From: Bacteroidota bacterium
GTDB taxonomy: Bacteria > Bacteroidota > Rhodothermia > Rhodothermales > UBA10348
NCBI GenBank assembly: GCA_029262855.1
Contig: JAJCYP010000010.1
Location: forward strand, 2,108 to 66,107
Length of the DNA stretch: 64,000 nt
Direction: 5' to 3'
Below are positions 26,162 through 36,597 of the stretch, piece by piece (the stretch's first letter is position 1; each line of letters begins with the position of its first letter). A program made the position numbers and the translations under genes. The notes beneath the pieces are model-generated. The model was not told the origin of the DNA, made no database searches, and saw only the letters and a program-made list of their open reading frames with translations.

Positions 26162-27538
26162 ATGAGATTTATTGCCCTCCTCACGAGTACGATGCTGCTG
26201 GCGGCCTGTGAGCCGCCGGAGTATGACCTCGCGATCAAGAACGTTACGGTAGTCGATGCCGTCTCCGGCGCCCGGTCCAATCAGACCGTCCTGACCCGCG
26301 CCGACACCATCGCCGCCATTATTCCGTCGGGCGAGTCTGCTCGGGCGCTCCAAGTCGTCGATGGGACCGGCGGATACCTGATTCCTGGACTCTGGGACTT
26401 CCACGTCCACCTCACCTACGACGATGCGGATGCGGACGAAATGGCCCGGCTGTTTCTGGACTATGGCGTCACCAGCGTCCGGGACACGGGTGGCCGGCTG
26501 GATCTCATCCAGCCCGTTGTGGAGCGATTGGAAGACTCCGATGAGGCACCTCGCGTTTTCTTTGCCGGGCCCCTGCAGGATGGGCGTGACGTGGTCTACG
26601 ATGGCGAGAGCCGACCGGAAATCGGGATCAGCAACCCGGATCCGGGCGCAGCGGTAGCCAACGTGGGGCTTCTGGCCGCGGCCGGCGTCGACTTCATCAA
26701 GGTCTATGAGTTGGTCTCGCCGGAGGTGTTTGGTGCGCTGATAGCCGCCGCAAGAGCCAACAATCTCCCGATTGCCGGCCACGTCCCGCTCTCGATGCTT
26801 GCATCGGAGGCCGGTCCACAACTGGGCTCGATGGAGCACCTCCGTAATGTTGAGTTGGACTGTGCGGCGAACTACCAGGAGCTGCTGGATGCCCGTCTGA
26901 CGGCGCTGACAAATCCGGATGGTCTGCCTGGCGGCGACCTGCGCAGCTCGCTTCACACGGCCCAGCGAATGCCTGCCGTCCAGGCCGTGGATGCCGATCG
27001 TTGCTCCGAGGTCGTCGCCTCTCTTCGGGGTACCATCCAGGTCCCGACGCTGCGCCTGAATGCGCTGAGTGTTCAACCCCCGTACGGCAGGCCTGACTGG
27101 CCAGATGCGCTGACTCGATTGGGCGGCGAGCAGGCCGAGGCGTACCGGACCCTGGGCGAGAGCCGCCTCGCCTCAACCGACGAAACGGACACCACATTCG
27201 GTCACTGGAGTCTTCACCTCACGGGCCTGATGCAGGGTGCCGGCGTTCCGATCGGTGCGGGGACAGACACGCCCATCGGGCTGGCCATCCCCGGGTACAG
27301 CCTGCACAACGAACTCTCCATGCTGGTTCGGGCGGGACTCGATCCCGTCGATGCCCTCCGCGCCGCCACCGTACGTCCGGCGGAATTTTTCGGTCTTTCC
27401 GGCGAGATGGGTCAGGTGGCGACGGGAATGCGGGCGGACCTCGTCCTTCTCGGCGGGAATCCGCTGGAGGACATCGACAACACCCGATCCATCAGGATGG
27501 TGATCTCCAAGGGGCACATTGTCCGGCAGTGGGACTGA
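26162..27538 (+). CDS. Amidohydrolase family lipoprotein
   Basis: Lipobox LAAC; PGLWDFHVH, FIKVY, GHVP, EHL, GTD, ADLVLL. Confidence 0.9.
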   Translation: MRFIALLTSTMLLAACEPPEYDLAIKNVTVVDAVSGARSNQTVLTRADTIAAIIPSGESARALQVVDGTGGYLIPGLWDFHVHLTYDDADADEMARLFLDYGVTSVRDTGGRLDLIQPVVERLEDSDEAPRVFFAGPLQDGRDVVYDGESRPEIGISNPDPGAAVANVGLLAAAGVDFIKVYELVSPEVFGALIAAARANNLPIAGHVPLSMLASEAGPQLGSMEHLRNVELDCAANYQELLDARLTALTNPDGLPGGDLRSSLHTAQRMPAVQAVDADRCSEVVASLRGTIQVPTLRLNALSVQPPYGRPDWPDALTRLGGEQAEAYRTLGESRLASTDETDTTFGHWSLHLTGLMQGAGVPIGAGTDTPIGLAIPGYSLHNELSMLVRAGLDPVDALRAATVRPAEFFGLSGEMGQVATGMRADLVLLGGNPLEDIDNTRSIRMVISKGHIVRQWD

Positions 27539-27544
27539 GAAACC

Positions 27545-27850
27545 GTGGAGCCAACGCCTGAATTTGACGACCACGTGAGAGAGGTCCGGTCGATCAATGA
27601 CCGGTACGACCCGCCGCTCATCGACTTCTGGACCGTCGAGACCATCGACGCGTTGACAGACCTCTCCGTCCGGAAAGGCAGGATAACCGGGACCATCGGG
27701 AAGTATCGGGTGCAGTACTACGCCGGCCGTGATCTGCCGGTGGAGCTCAACCTCTTGGAAGCGGCGACCGGCCGCCGCATTGCTCAGGACGGGTCCGAAG
27801 ACCTTTCGCTGCTGGAGCGTCTTCGCGCCCGAGTCGAGGCCGCGGAGTAG
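27545..27850 (+). CDS. Hypothetical protein
   Basis: Follows the amidohydrolase after 6 bp on the same strand; plausible composition. Confidence 0.55.
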   Translation: MEPTPEFDDHVREVRSINDRYDPPLIDFWTVETIDALTDLSVRKGRITGTIGKYRVQYYAGRDLPVELNLLEAATGRRIAQDGSEDLSLLERLRARVEAAE

Positions 27851-27883
27851 CGCGGTGGCCCAGGCCGGGCAAGCATGCCAGGC

Positions 27884-28348
27884 CTACAGCCCGGCCATCC
27901 TCAACACTTCGTCCCACTCCTCCTTGAGCACGGGCTGAACGGACAGGCGCGGATTCCGGACCAGCATCATGTTGGCCAGCTTGGGATTCGCCTTCGCCTC
28001 GTGCAGGGTGACCGGCGTGGGGAGCGGCTCGTCGGCAGTGATGTCCACCATGAACCAGCGCGGGTTGCTCTCCGGACTTCTGGGATCGGGGTGGGGTGAG
28101 TCCGGATCCCACGCGGTAAAGTCGGGATATCCGTCTCGAACCACGGTCGCGAGTCCGACCACGGCGCTCGGCTTCATGTTCGAGTGGTAGTACAGGACGC
28201 GATCCCCCACCTTGATCTCGTCCCGCAGAAAATTGCGCGCGCGGTGATTGCGAACCCCATCCCAATGGGTCCTCCCGTCACGCTGGAGGTCTTCGAACGA
28301 ATACACGTCCGGCTCGGATTTCATGAGCCAGTAACGCACGTCTGCCAT
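27884..28348 (-). CDS. EVE domain protein
   Basis: YWLMKSEP, WDGVRNHRARN, GDRVLYYHS, RLSVQPV. Confidence 0.95.
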   Translation of the reverse strand: MADVRYWLMKSEPDVYSFEDLQRDGRTHWDGVRNHRARNFLRDEIKVGDRVLYYHSNMKPSAVVGLATVVRDGYPDFTAWDPDSPHPDPRSPESNPRWFMVDITADEPLPTPVTLHEAKANPKLANMMLVRNPRLSVQPVLKEEWDEVLRMAGL

Positions 28349-28409
28349 GGGCTTCCCTGGAATGGTGAGAGCCCGAAGTTACAGAGTGAGTGCCGGGAAT
28401 GCCGGAGCC

Positions 28410-28625
28410 TCAGGCCGCGCGACGAACCGGCGGACGATCCTTCAGCGTTTCGAGATCAACCTTGCGAAGGTGATTTCGTCGGGCGGGCGGGCTGATCGAC
28501 TCAGCCGCGGGCTGGCCGGCGGCTCCCTTGCGGAGTTCTCCGACCGTGTGGAAGAAAATCATTCCCACGGTGCTGACGGTGATCAGGCCCAGAACAACGA
28601 TTCCGGTCCAAATAATGAATTGCAT
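28410..28625 (-). CDS. Small single-TM hypothetical protein
   Basis: N-terminal hydrophobic helix; lies in a run of minus-strand genes. Confidence 0.5.
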   Translation of the reverse strand: MQFIIWTGIVVLGLITVSTVGMIFFHTVGELRKGAAGQPAAESISPPARRNHLRKVDLETLKDRPPVRRAA

Positions 28626-28697
28626 GGCGATGGTGGGGTTGCTTGACCCATCGCCTGCAAGGAGTGTACCGGAGACTCGCGCGCCGAGCTCCCAGGA

Positions 28698-29231
28698 TCA
28701 ACGCATCCAGGCCGGACTCAGGCGTTCGATTTCCTTGTAGACCGGACAGGCTTCACCGTGCGCACCCGGCAGATACCCGGCACTCATGAGGAACTCGCCC
28801 GTGATCTCACCGCCCGTAAACTTGAACGTCTTCTTGAACAGCTTGACCCATTCAGGCTTCTCGAGCGGATGATTCAGGTCCAGCCATGCCCTGAACGACC
28901 CGTGCTCGGCCTGCAGGCCCCGGATGACCCGCGCGTTGTGGATGGCCGCGTTCACCTTCAGTCGATTCCGGATGATGCCTGCGTCCGCCAGCAGTCGGGC
29001 GCGATCCTCATCGCCGTAGGCCGCCACCTTGGCGACGGAAAACCCGTCGTAGGCGCGATGGAAACCCTCCTGCTTCTTCAGGATGGTGAGCCACGAGAGG
29101 CCGGCCTGATTGATCTCCAGGATCAGACGCCCGAACAGGGCATCATCGTCATCAATCGGAAAGCCGTACTGCGTGTCGTGATACGGGCCGTGCCACGGGT
29201 GGCCCAGGGCAATGTCACAATAGAGACTCAT
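28698..29231 (-). CDS. tag: DNA-3-methyladenine glycosylase I
   Basis: YHDTQYG, LEINQAGLSWLTILKK, IIRNRLKVNAAIHNA, GYLPGAH; ATGA overlap with the upstream gene. Confidence 0.93.
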   Translation of the reverse strand: MSLYCDIALGHPWHGPYHDTQYGFPIDDDDALFGRLILEINQAGLSWLTILKKQEGFHRAYDGFSVAKVAAYGDEDRARLLADAGIIRNRLKVNAAIHNARVIRGLQAEHGSFRAWLDLNHPLEKPEWVKLFKKTFKFTGGEITGEFLMSAGYLPGAHGEACPVYKEIERLSPAWMR

Positions 29232-31435
29232 GGATGGCTGGCGATGGCTGCCGCACCACGAAGGTGCGCGGCCACGGCCTCCAGTGTCCCGGAGACGCGC
29301 CTGATCTGCTCGTCCACCAGATCCCAATCATCCTCCTCGATGGCCTCCCGTACGCCCGGCAGCGTCTTGACCCCGTACCCGGTGTAGTATCCCGGTGCAT
29401 AGATCTGGTGGCGGAACCAGGGGCGCTTCGGCAAGCCATCGTCGCGGGTCATCACCCGCTCGGCCTGAAAGAGCGCTGCATTCAGTCCCTCGCTTGCGGC
29501 TGCCCCTTCCAGCGCCTTCTGGAGTTCGGATGCCGCGGCCACCAACGATTCCCGCGCATTCAGCAACGGAGCAAAGTTGAGGTGCGGCACGGCGTCTGGC
29601 GCCGGGGGTGTGACGAAGGTCTTCGTGGGGTCGGCCGCGAGTCCGTAGACACCATCCTCGATGAGACTGCGTTCGCGCTCAGCCTGCGTCCGGCGGGCGT
29701 CGGCCAGCTCCACAACCTCGTCCACGTACCCGGAGACATTGTCGGCAAAGGCCGTGTACCGGAAGGGCAGGATGTCCGCGTTTGCCAGCCTCAATGTTAC
29801 ACGGCCCGCGACCTTTGCCAGCGTGGCGCCGTACACAAATCCGGGGTCGCCAAAACGAACGTAGTACTCGTAGGAATCATAGGCCGAGTGGTATGACCCG
29901 CCTGCATTCTCGCCGCCAAAACCCAGATTGAGCGAGGCGATTCCGAGGTGCTGCAGAAAGGGCGTGTAGTCAGAACCCGATCCCAGCGGACTGATGCGGA
30001 GATCAGGACGTGTGTCCGCCTCGCGCTCCCCGCCAGCCCGGCGGCGCGCACGCAATCGGTCCGAGACGCTGACGCCGGTCTGCGGATCTGTGACCGAACG
30101 GGCCACCTGGTTGATGAGCGGTTCCAGCGCGTGAGATCCGCCCATCCCGAGGAAGCCGCGACCGGAGCCGTCGGTGTTGATGTAGGCCACCAGTTTCTGG
30201 CGCAGCTCATCGGCGTGATCCTCGACCCATTCGGTGGATCCCAGAAGACCCGGTTCCTCCGCGTCCCAGCTTCCAAAGAGAACGGTGCGTCGTGGTCGGT
30301 GGCCTGCGCGCGCGAGTTCGCCAATGACGCGCGCCTCTTCCATGAGAGCCACGTGCCCCGATGTCGGGTCGGCGGCTCCGAAGACCCAGGCATCCCTGTG
30401 ATTGCCACGCATCACCCACTCGTCGGGCAGCTCGCTACCTTCCATTCGAGCGATCACGTTGTAGGCTGGAACGATATCCCAGCTGAAACGAAGCCTGAGA
30501 TTGACCCGGGCCGGACCCGGTCCCAGGTGGTAGGTCAGCGGAAGTGCTCCCCTCCAGGCCGCAGGAGCAACTGGACCGTCAATGGCCCCCAGCAGCGGCA
30601 ACGCATCGGCGTACGATATCGGAAGAACGGGGATCTTCATGATGGTCGGTGCCTCGGCCACGCTCAGCCGCTCCGCGTCGGGCGTCGCCCCCACGAATGG
30701 CGTCAGCGGGTCTCCCGGATAGGTGGGCATGTCGGCTACCGACCCGCGCTGGGCCCCGTGCTCCATGCGAAACGATCCCTCCGGGTACACGTCGCCCTGG
30801 AAGTACCCGTCATCCCGGGGATCCGAGTAGAGAATGCAGCCGATCGCGCCATGCTCAGCGGCCACCTTGGGCTTGATTCCACGCCAAGAGCCTCCGTAGC
30901 GGGCAATGACCACCCGTCCCTCGACCGAGATTCCCCGCTTGGCGAGCTCCTCGTAGTCTGACGGAATGCCGTAGTTCACGTAGACCAGCTCACCGGTGAC
31001 ATCGCCGTCGGCCGAGTAGGCCGTGTAGGGCGGCAGCATGTCTTTCCGCACCGCACTCGACGGATCCTCCTCAAGCACGGGCTCGTCCAGACTCGCGACG
31101 AAACGTGAGGGACTGACCATCTCCAGATGCCGCTCCAGAGGCGTCGGGAACAGGACGTCGTATCGCACGATCTCCGTCTCGTACCCCCACTCCCGGAACT
31201 TGGCGGCGGTCCATTCGGCGTTCTCAAGCGCCGCCGGAGAGCCGACGTGTTGGGGCCGGGACGTCAGATGATGCATCCACGTATCCAGATTTTCAGGCCG
31301 AACGTGCTTGTCAAAGGCCTGCTCCATGGCCATCTGGGCGGCGGCCCGCTCGGGCGTGAAGCCGATGAGCGAATCATCGGGAACGGCCGCAAAAGCGGCG
31401 AAAACCACAACAAGTAGGGGTATGATCAGGCGCAT
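29228..31435 (-). CDS. M28 glutamate carboxypeptidase II-like peptidase (PA and TfR-like dimerisation domains)
   Basis: PYTAYS, GNHRDAW, GAADPTSG, SWDAEEPGLLGSTEW, GSGSDYTPF, RPWFRHQIYAPG. Confidence 0.95.
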   Translation of the reverse strand: MRLIIPLLVVVFAAFAAVPDDSLIGFTPERAAAQMAMEQAFDKHVRPENLDTWMHHLTSRPQHVGSPAALENAEWTAAKFREWGYETEIVRYDVLFPTPLERHLEMVSPSRFVASLDEPVLEEDPSSAVRKDMLPPYTAYSADGDVTGELVYVNYGIPSDYEELAKRGISVEGRVVIARYGGSWRGIKPKVAAEHGAIGCILYSDPRDDGYFQGDVYPEGSFRMEHGAQRGSVADMPTYPGDPLTPFVGATPDAERLSVAEAPTIMKIPVLPISYADALPLLGAIDGPVAPAAWRGALPLTYHLGPGPARVNLRLRFSWDIVPAYNVIARMEGSELPDEWVMRGNHRDAWVFGAADPTSGHVALMEEARVIGELARAGHRPRRTVLFGSWDAEEPGLLGSTEWVEDHADELRQKLVAYINTDGSGRGFLGMGGSHALEPLINQVARSVTDPQTGVSVSDRLRARRRAGGEREADTRPDLRISPLGSGSDYTPFLQHLGIASLNLGFGGENAGGSYHSAYDSYEYYVRFGDPGFVYGATLAKVAGRVTLRLANADILPFRYTAFADNVSGYVDEVVELADARRTQAERERSLIEDGVYGLAADPTKTFVTPPAPDAVPHLNFAPLLNARESLVAAASELQKALEGAAASEGLNAALFQAERVMTRDDGLPKRPWFRHQIYAPGYYTGYGVKTLPGVREAIEEDDWDLVDEQIRRVSGTLEAVAAHLRGAAAIASHP

Positions 31436-31492
31436 CGTTTCGTCGAGAGTTGGAATCCCAAACTAGCGGTTCCCCGCGATGCCTGCTAAGGC

Positions 31493-32263
31493 CTACTTCG
31501 TAATTCCGATGCCGCCCAGAAATGCCTCGACCACCCGCCAGGTCTCGCCGGTGTCGGCGCCTACCCGCTCGGCGTCCAGCATGGAAGCCCCGTGAACCCC
31601 GGGGTCTGCCACGTGGGTGATATGGCCCTGGGACTGGAACTCCACCAGCTGCGCCTTGACCGACGGGATTTCCGCCTCGCGCGCAGGGCGAATCGCCAGG
31701 AATGGGACGGTCAATCCTTCCGAGACTGATTCCGGGCGACAGCCCTCCATCGGATCTCCGCTGGCTGGCGAAAAGGCAAGCACACCTAGAATGCCTGCCG
31801 GGTCGATCGCGGCGGCCTGGACCACCAGCGCACCCGAAAAACTGCTCCCCCACAACACGACCTGGTCGGAGAATCGGCGTGCCTCATCGACTACCGCCAT
31901 GACGTCGGGAAGCGCGTCACAATAGCTGTAGAGCGTGTCCGCGCCGGGCGGTGAGGTTCGATTCTGGCTTCCGAACCGGTTACCCCCCCGACGCAGATCG
32001 GCCGCCACCACATCGTATCCGAGTGCCAGCAGGCGCGGCAGAATTCGCTCGTACTCACCCCGGACGTCGCCTCCCCCCTGATGGAAGAGCGCGATGGTCC
32101 CGACCGGCGCCCCAACGGAGGCATGGTGCCAATCGGCGTAGACGGTCAGGCCGTCGGCCGCGGTAAGACTCAGTGGTCCGGCTTCAGGGCGGGGCGCACT
32201 ACACCCCGTCAGGAATCCAATCGCCAGGACCGCCGCCGTCCCGACCCAGGCCCGGCTACCCAT
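31493..32263 (-). CDS. Alpha/beta hydrolase lipoprotein
   Basis: Lipobox LTGC; LFHQGGG, WGSSFSG nucleophile elbow, HGASML. Confidence 0.8.
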   Translation of the reverse strand: MGSRAWVGTAAVLAIGFLTGCSAPRPEAGPLSLTAADGLTVYADWHHASVGAPVGTIALFHQGGGDVRGEYERILPRLLALGYDVVAADLRRGGNRFGSQNRTSPPGADTLYSYCDALPDVMAVVDEARRFSDQVVLWGSSFSGALVVQAAAIDPAGILGVLAFSPASGDPMEGCRPESVSEGLTVPFLAIRPAREAEIPSVKAQLVEFQSQGHITHVADPGVHGASMLDAERVGADTGETWRVVEAFLGGIGITK

Positions 32264-33092
32264 CCGCGTTTTCGACCGAAAAGATCTTGTTGATGATCTG
32301 CCAGCGGCCATCCACCTTCAGCAGCGACATGTAGTCCACGATGTAGACTCCCGGGTAGTCCAGGACGATCTTCCCAACCGCGGCATCCCCGGAAACGTCT
32401 ACCCAATCGATCCATCGGCGGCGCTCCGTCTCGTTTGCCGCGGGCGTTCCGGAGGCGCGGGCGATGTAGTCCGCGCTGGGGATGGTCTGCAATTCACCGT
32501 CCCGCATGAAATACAGGCTCGAGACCGGGTTGAATACCTTCGCATGGTGGCTCCCGTCTCCGGTGGCGTGGCCGCGGAGGTAGTTGCGCAGCGCCGTCGC
32601 AACTTCCGACTCGGCCACCGCCCGGGGGTCCAAGTCACAGTCCTCACGCTGTCTGGTGTCTGAGAGCGCGATGGCCCGCCATACTCCATCCGGATGCCGG
32701 ACAAACTGAAAATGGTTGATGCCGCAGTGCGAGAACTCCTCATCCAGGAAGAACGCATACTCCATCCACGCCGAGGCGAAGTTGTCGCGGACCTCGATGC
32801 GGACATCCCAGATTTTTTCGTTCCAGGCCTGGTCGTGCGGCGACCCGACGGCCGTGACAAAGCCGTCCGTGGCCGAGGCTTGCATGAAAGGGGTTCCATC
32901 GGGGCGGGTGCCGCTGGACACCAGGCGAGCTCCCTCGGAAAACACCGCCCGAACGGCCGTCGAATCGCCGGCGCGCATTCCGTCGAACAGTTGATCGATC
33001 ACCGCTCGCACTTCGCGCGCGGCATGATCCTGGGCGTATGTGGTGGTCGGGAGCAGGGTGACGGCAGCGAGTGCCAGGGAAAACAGTCTCAT
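32256..33092 (-). CDS. Secreted protein with two tandem NTF2-like (SnoaL / lumazine-binding-2) domains
   Basis: Domain 1 VIDQLFDGMRAGD...CGINHFQF; domain 2 LRNYLRGHATGD...YIVDYMSLLKVDGRWQIINK. Confidence 0.8.
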   Translation of the reverse strand: MRLFSLALAAVTLLPTTTYAQDHAAREVRAVIDQLFDGMRAGDSTAVRAVFSEGARLVSSGTRPDGTPFMQASATDGFVTAVGSPHDQAWNEKIWDVRIEVRDNFASAWMEYAFFLDEEFSHCGINHFQFVRHPDGVWRAIALSDTRQREDCDLDPRAVAESEVATALRNYLRGHATGDGSHHAKVFNPVSSLYFMRDGELQTIPSADYIARASGTPAANETERRRWIDWVDVSGDAAVGKIVLDYPGVYIVDYMSLLKVDGRWQIINKIFSVENADG

Positions 33093-33212
33093 GGGTGGGT
33101 CTTTCTTGGGTTCTCCCAAACAGACGCACAGCCGACTGCAGAGTTGCGTGGGAGCCGACGTGCAATCCTCCCTGCGCCCTCGGATATTGCGGCACCTTCA
33201 ACCTCTCCTGCC

Positions 33213-35978
33213 ATGCGCCGCCTCTCCCTTGCAGCACTCACCTGCCTGCTTACCCTGCCCGTCCTCGCCCAGGATCGACTCGATACCGAGTACGGACGAC
33301 TGATCGAGGAGTACACCACAAATCCCCGGTTCTCCAATCACATGGTGAACCACCTCCCGGTTTCGGAGACGGTGCCAAGCCCGCTCGAGTATTTCGGCAC
33401 CATAATCGGTGCTCCGGACGTCCTGCACTACACCCACGAGATATACGGTTACCTGCGTGCGCTGGCTGAGGCATCGCCTCGGGTGCGGGTGAGGTCCATT
33501 GGCTCTACCGAGGAGGGCCGCGATCAGATCGAGGTCATCATCGCCGACGAGGCGACCATGCAGAACCTGCAGGCATACCATGACCACCTGAACGCCCTCG
33601 CAGACCCCCGGAAGACCAGTGAGGAGGAAGCTGCGGCGATTATCGCCAAGGCCAAGCCGGTCTACTACGTGACGGCCGGCCTGCATTCGCCGGAGACGGG
33701 GAGTCCGGAAATGGTGATGGAGTTGGCCTATCGATTGGCCGTGTCGGAGGCCCCGATGATCCAGGACATCCGAAACAACATCATCACCGTGTTCACGCCG
33801 GTGGCTGAACCGGATGGGCGCGACCGGGTGGTGGACATCTACAAGTATCGGTCGGCGAACGAGGGCGTGGGGCCGAGTCTGACGTACTGGGGCGCCTACG
33901 CGGCGCACGACAACAACCGTGATGGCTACGGTCTGGCGCTTGACCTGACGCGCAACATCCTGGCCACGTTCAATCACTGGAAACCGACCCTGATGCACGA
34001 TTTGCACGAGTCGGTTTCCTATCTGTACACGTCGACCGGACTCGGTCCATACAACCAGTGGATCGATCCGATTACCGTGGACGAGTGGCACAATCTGGCC
34101 TACGAGGAAGTGAGCGAACTGACACGCCGAAACATGCCGGGCGTGTGGACCCATGCGTTCTACAACGGCTGGTCGGCCAACTATCTGATCTGGATGGCGA
34201 ACACGCGGAACTCGGCCGGCAAATTCTATGAGACGTTCGGCAACTCGGTGCCCGAGACCCTGGAACGCACGCTGACGAATCGCCAAACCAGCCGCGAGTG
34301 GTACCGGCCCAACCCGCCGCTCGAGAAGACCATGTGGTCGCTCCGCAACAACACCAACTACATGCAGAGTGGTGTACTGGTCGCGCTGCGCTACATGGCC
34401 GACAACGCGACGGAGTTCGTCGAAAACTTCTGGATCAAGTCCAACAATTCGCTGGAGCGGGGTAGAACAGAGGCTCCGTTTGCCTGGGTGATTCCCAAGG
34501 ATCAGCTTCGGCACTCCGGCGTGACGGACCTGGTCAATCTGCTGATGGACCAGGGCCTCGAGATCCACACGGCCGATGATTCCCTGATGTTTGACGGCAG
34601 CGCCTCAGCCGCCGCGGGAGACTTCGTGGTCCGCGCAGATCAGCCGTATAACACGCTGGCGCGCATTCTGCTGGAGCGGCAGGACTTCCCCTCCGGAGCC
34701 GACGCCCCGTACGACGATACCGGCTGGACGCTCTCGCTTGCCCACAACGTGACCGTTCACGCTGTCAAGGACTCAACGGTGCTATTGGCCCCCATGACAT
34801 CGGTCGATGGGCCCGTGACGGCCGGCGGAGGAATCTCGGGGCGTGGTCGGTGGCTGGTGGCCAATCACACTACGGACGACAACTTCGCCGTGCTGCGATT
34901 CGAGCTCGGCGGCGACGTGGAGGTCCTGGCTGCCGAGAAGGCCTTCGAACACGGCGGCAAGGCTTTCAACGCCGGGTCGTACATCATCCGCGGGCCGGTC
35001 GATAGCCTGGGCGCTCTGGCCGCCAGACTGGAGGTCCCGGTCGACGCGTTTCGCGATCAGCCTGACGTACCGACGCACGGTGTGGAGGTGCCACGGATTG
35101 GTCTGATCCACACCTGGACCTCCACGCCGCAGGACGCCGGCTGGTGGCATTTTGCCTTCGACGAAATCGGGATTCCGTACACCTACCTGTCGGAGCAGGA
35201 CCTGTCCGGCGACCTCAGCCGGTTCGACGTTCTGATCCTGCCGCGCACCCGATCATCGAGTCAGGCGCTCGTTGTGGGCAACAGCCGGGTCGGCCCGGCC
35301 CTCCCCTGGATGCCGTCCGAGGAGTACCCGCACATCGGCAAGATCGATCAGACTGAGGACCAGCGCCTTGGAATGGGATATGACGGACTCGGCAACCTGG
35401 CCGGATGGATCGAGGACGGTGGTGTGTTCATCACCACTGGCAGTTCCGCCGCGTTTCCCATCGACATGGGCATCACCCGCCGGATTTCCATTCGCGAAAC
35501 CAAGAATCTCCAGGCCCGAGGCTCCATTGTGCGCACCACGGTCGACGACGACAGTCCGATCACCTATGGGTACACGGGTGACATACCCATGTACTTCAGC
35601 GCAGGACCGGTCTTCAGCGTGAACAAGGGCATGGGCGATGCCCGCACGCCAGACTGGTACAAGGATGCAGCGTGGATGGCGGAGGTACCCCGGTCGGTGG
35701 TTTCGTTCGGGAAGAAGGACATCGCGATGTCCGGCATGCTGGCCGGCGAAGCCGAACTCACCGGCACCCCTGCCGTGGTCGATGTCCCCGTCGGAGATGG
35801 ACATGTGGTGCTCTTTGCCGGTCGTCCCGTCCGCCGCTGGAATACGCAAGGCAATCACGCACTGGTTTTCAACACCATCCTGCACTGGAATGACCTTCGG
35901 ACAGGCTGGCCGGACCGTCCAGGTCCCGATGAAGACGACGAGACCGGAGGTCTCCTGGAGTGGGCCAACCAGCATTGA
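33213..35978 (+). CDS. M14 family zinc carboxypeptidase with C-terminal glutamine-amidotransferase-like domain
   Basis: Signal peptide; GLHSPE, HDNNRD, HDLHE; start trimmed from ORF 32694. Confidence 0.88.
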   Translation: MRRLSLAALTCLLTLPVLAQDRLDTEYGRLIEEYTTNPRFSNHMVNHLPVSETVPSPLEYFGTIIGAPDVLHYTHEIYGYLRALAEASPRVRVRSIGSTEEGRDQIEVIIADEATMQNLQAYHDHLNALADPRKTSEEEAAAIIAKAKPVYYVTAGLHSPETGSPEMVMELAYRLAVSEAPMIQDIRNNIITVFTPVAEPDGRDRVVDIYKYRSANEGVGPSLTYWGAYAAHDNNRDGYGLALDLTRNILATFNHWKPTLMHDLHESVSYLYTSTGLGPYNQWIDPITVDEWHNLAYEEVSELTRRNMPGVWTHAFYNGWSANYLIWMANTRNSAGKFYETFGNSVPETLERTLTNRQTSREWYRPNPPLEKTMWSLRNNTNYMQSGVLVALRYMADNATEFVENFWIKSNNSLERGRTEAPFAWVIPKDQLRHSGVTDLVNLLMDQGLEIHTADDSLMFDGSASAAAGDFVVRADQPYNTLARILLERQDFPSGADAPYDDTGWTLSLAHNVTVHAVKDSTVLLAPMTSVDGPVTAGGGISGRGRWLVANHTTDDNFAVLRFELGGDVEVLAAEKAFEHGGKAFNAGSYIIRGPVDSLGALAARLEVPVDAFRDQPDVPTHGVEVPRIGLIHTWTSTPQDAGWWHFAFDEIGIPYTYLSEQDLSGDLSRFDVLILPRTRSSSQALVVGNSRVGPALPWMPSEEYPHIGKIDQTEDQRLGMGYDGLGNLAGWIEDGGVFITTGSSAAFPIDMGITRRISIRETKNLQARGSIVRTTVDDDSPITYGYTGDIPMYFSAGPVFSVNKGMGDARTPDWYKDAAWMAEVPRSVVSFGKKDIAMSGMLAGEAELTGTPAVVDVPVGDGHVVLFAGRPVRRWNTQGNHALVFNTILHWNDLRTGWPDRPGPDEDDETGGLLEWANQH

Positions 35979-36033
35979 GACCCTAACCCTCCCAGCCGCG
36001 TACACACACCCAATCAACCCAACCGGAGGGCCA

Positions 36034-36189
36034 GTGGCCAGACCAAATTTCTCCTACCAGAAGCGACAAAAGGAACTAGCGAAGAAGAAGAAGAAGGAGG
36101 AGAAGAAGGCCAAGAAAGCTGCCCGCGCGGCCGCCGGTATTTCCGGCGCCCCGATCGTAGAGGCAGAACGCCACGACTCTCCCGAGTAG
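36034..36189 (+). CDS. Small Lys-rich protein (51 aa)
   Basis: GGAGG RBS then GTG; MARPNFSYQKRQKELAKKKKKEEKKAKK. Confidence 0.7.
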   Translation: MARPNFSYQKRQKELAKKKKKEEKKAKKAARAAAGISGAPIVEAERHDSPE

Positions 36190-36204
36190 ACCAGCCAACC
36201 GCCC

Positions 36205-36516
36205 ATGATTGCCAGATCCTGGCGCGGATGGACCTCGCCCGAGAGTGCGGACGCCTACGAGTCGCTTCTGAAGGGCGACATCATCCCCGGTATCGAAGCC
36301 CTCGATATCCCGGGATTCCAGGGAATCGAACTTTGGCGTCTTGACGGACCCTCGGAGGTCGAGTTTGTAACGACCATGTGGTTTGACTCGATCGACGCCC
36401 TCCGAATGTTCGCTGGCGAGGACTACGAAACGGCCGTTGTACCGCCCAGAGCACGTGCGCTGCTCTCGCGTTTTGAGGGTCAATCGCGCCACTATACCGT
36501 TGAGAAGGCCCGCTAG
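36205..36516 (+). CDS. ABM-like (antibiotic biosynthesis monooxygenase fold) protein
   Basis: MIARSWRG, EFVTTMWFDSIDALRMFAGEDYETAVVP. Confidence 0.85.
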   Translation: MIARSWRGWTSPESADAYESLLKGDIIPGIEALDIPGFQGIELWRLDGPSEVEFVTTMWFDSIDALRMFAGEDYETAVVPPRARALLSRFEGQSRHYTVEKAR

Positions 36517-36597
36517 AGGCGAGGCCTCCCGGTATTGGAAACCCTGTACGACGCGGCCGACTTGTGCATACATTCCCGCCATTCAACGCCGAGTCGT

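Noticed and set aside
27884-29231. EVE plus DNA glycosylase as a modified-DNA defence module
   Set aside because: Both are ordinary stand-alone families separated by another gene; tag is coupled to an M28 peptidase and no nuclease is present.
32694-33212. N-terminal extension of the M14 peptidase ORF
   Set aside because: It overlaps the NTF2 gene; the signal peptide begins at 33213.
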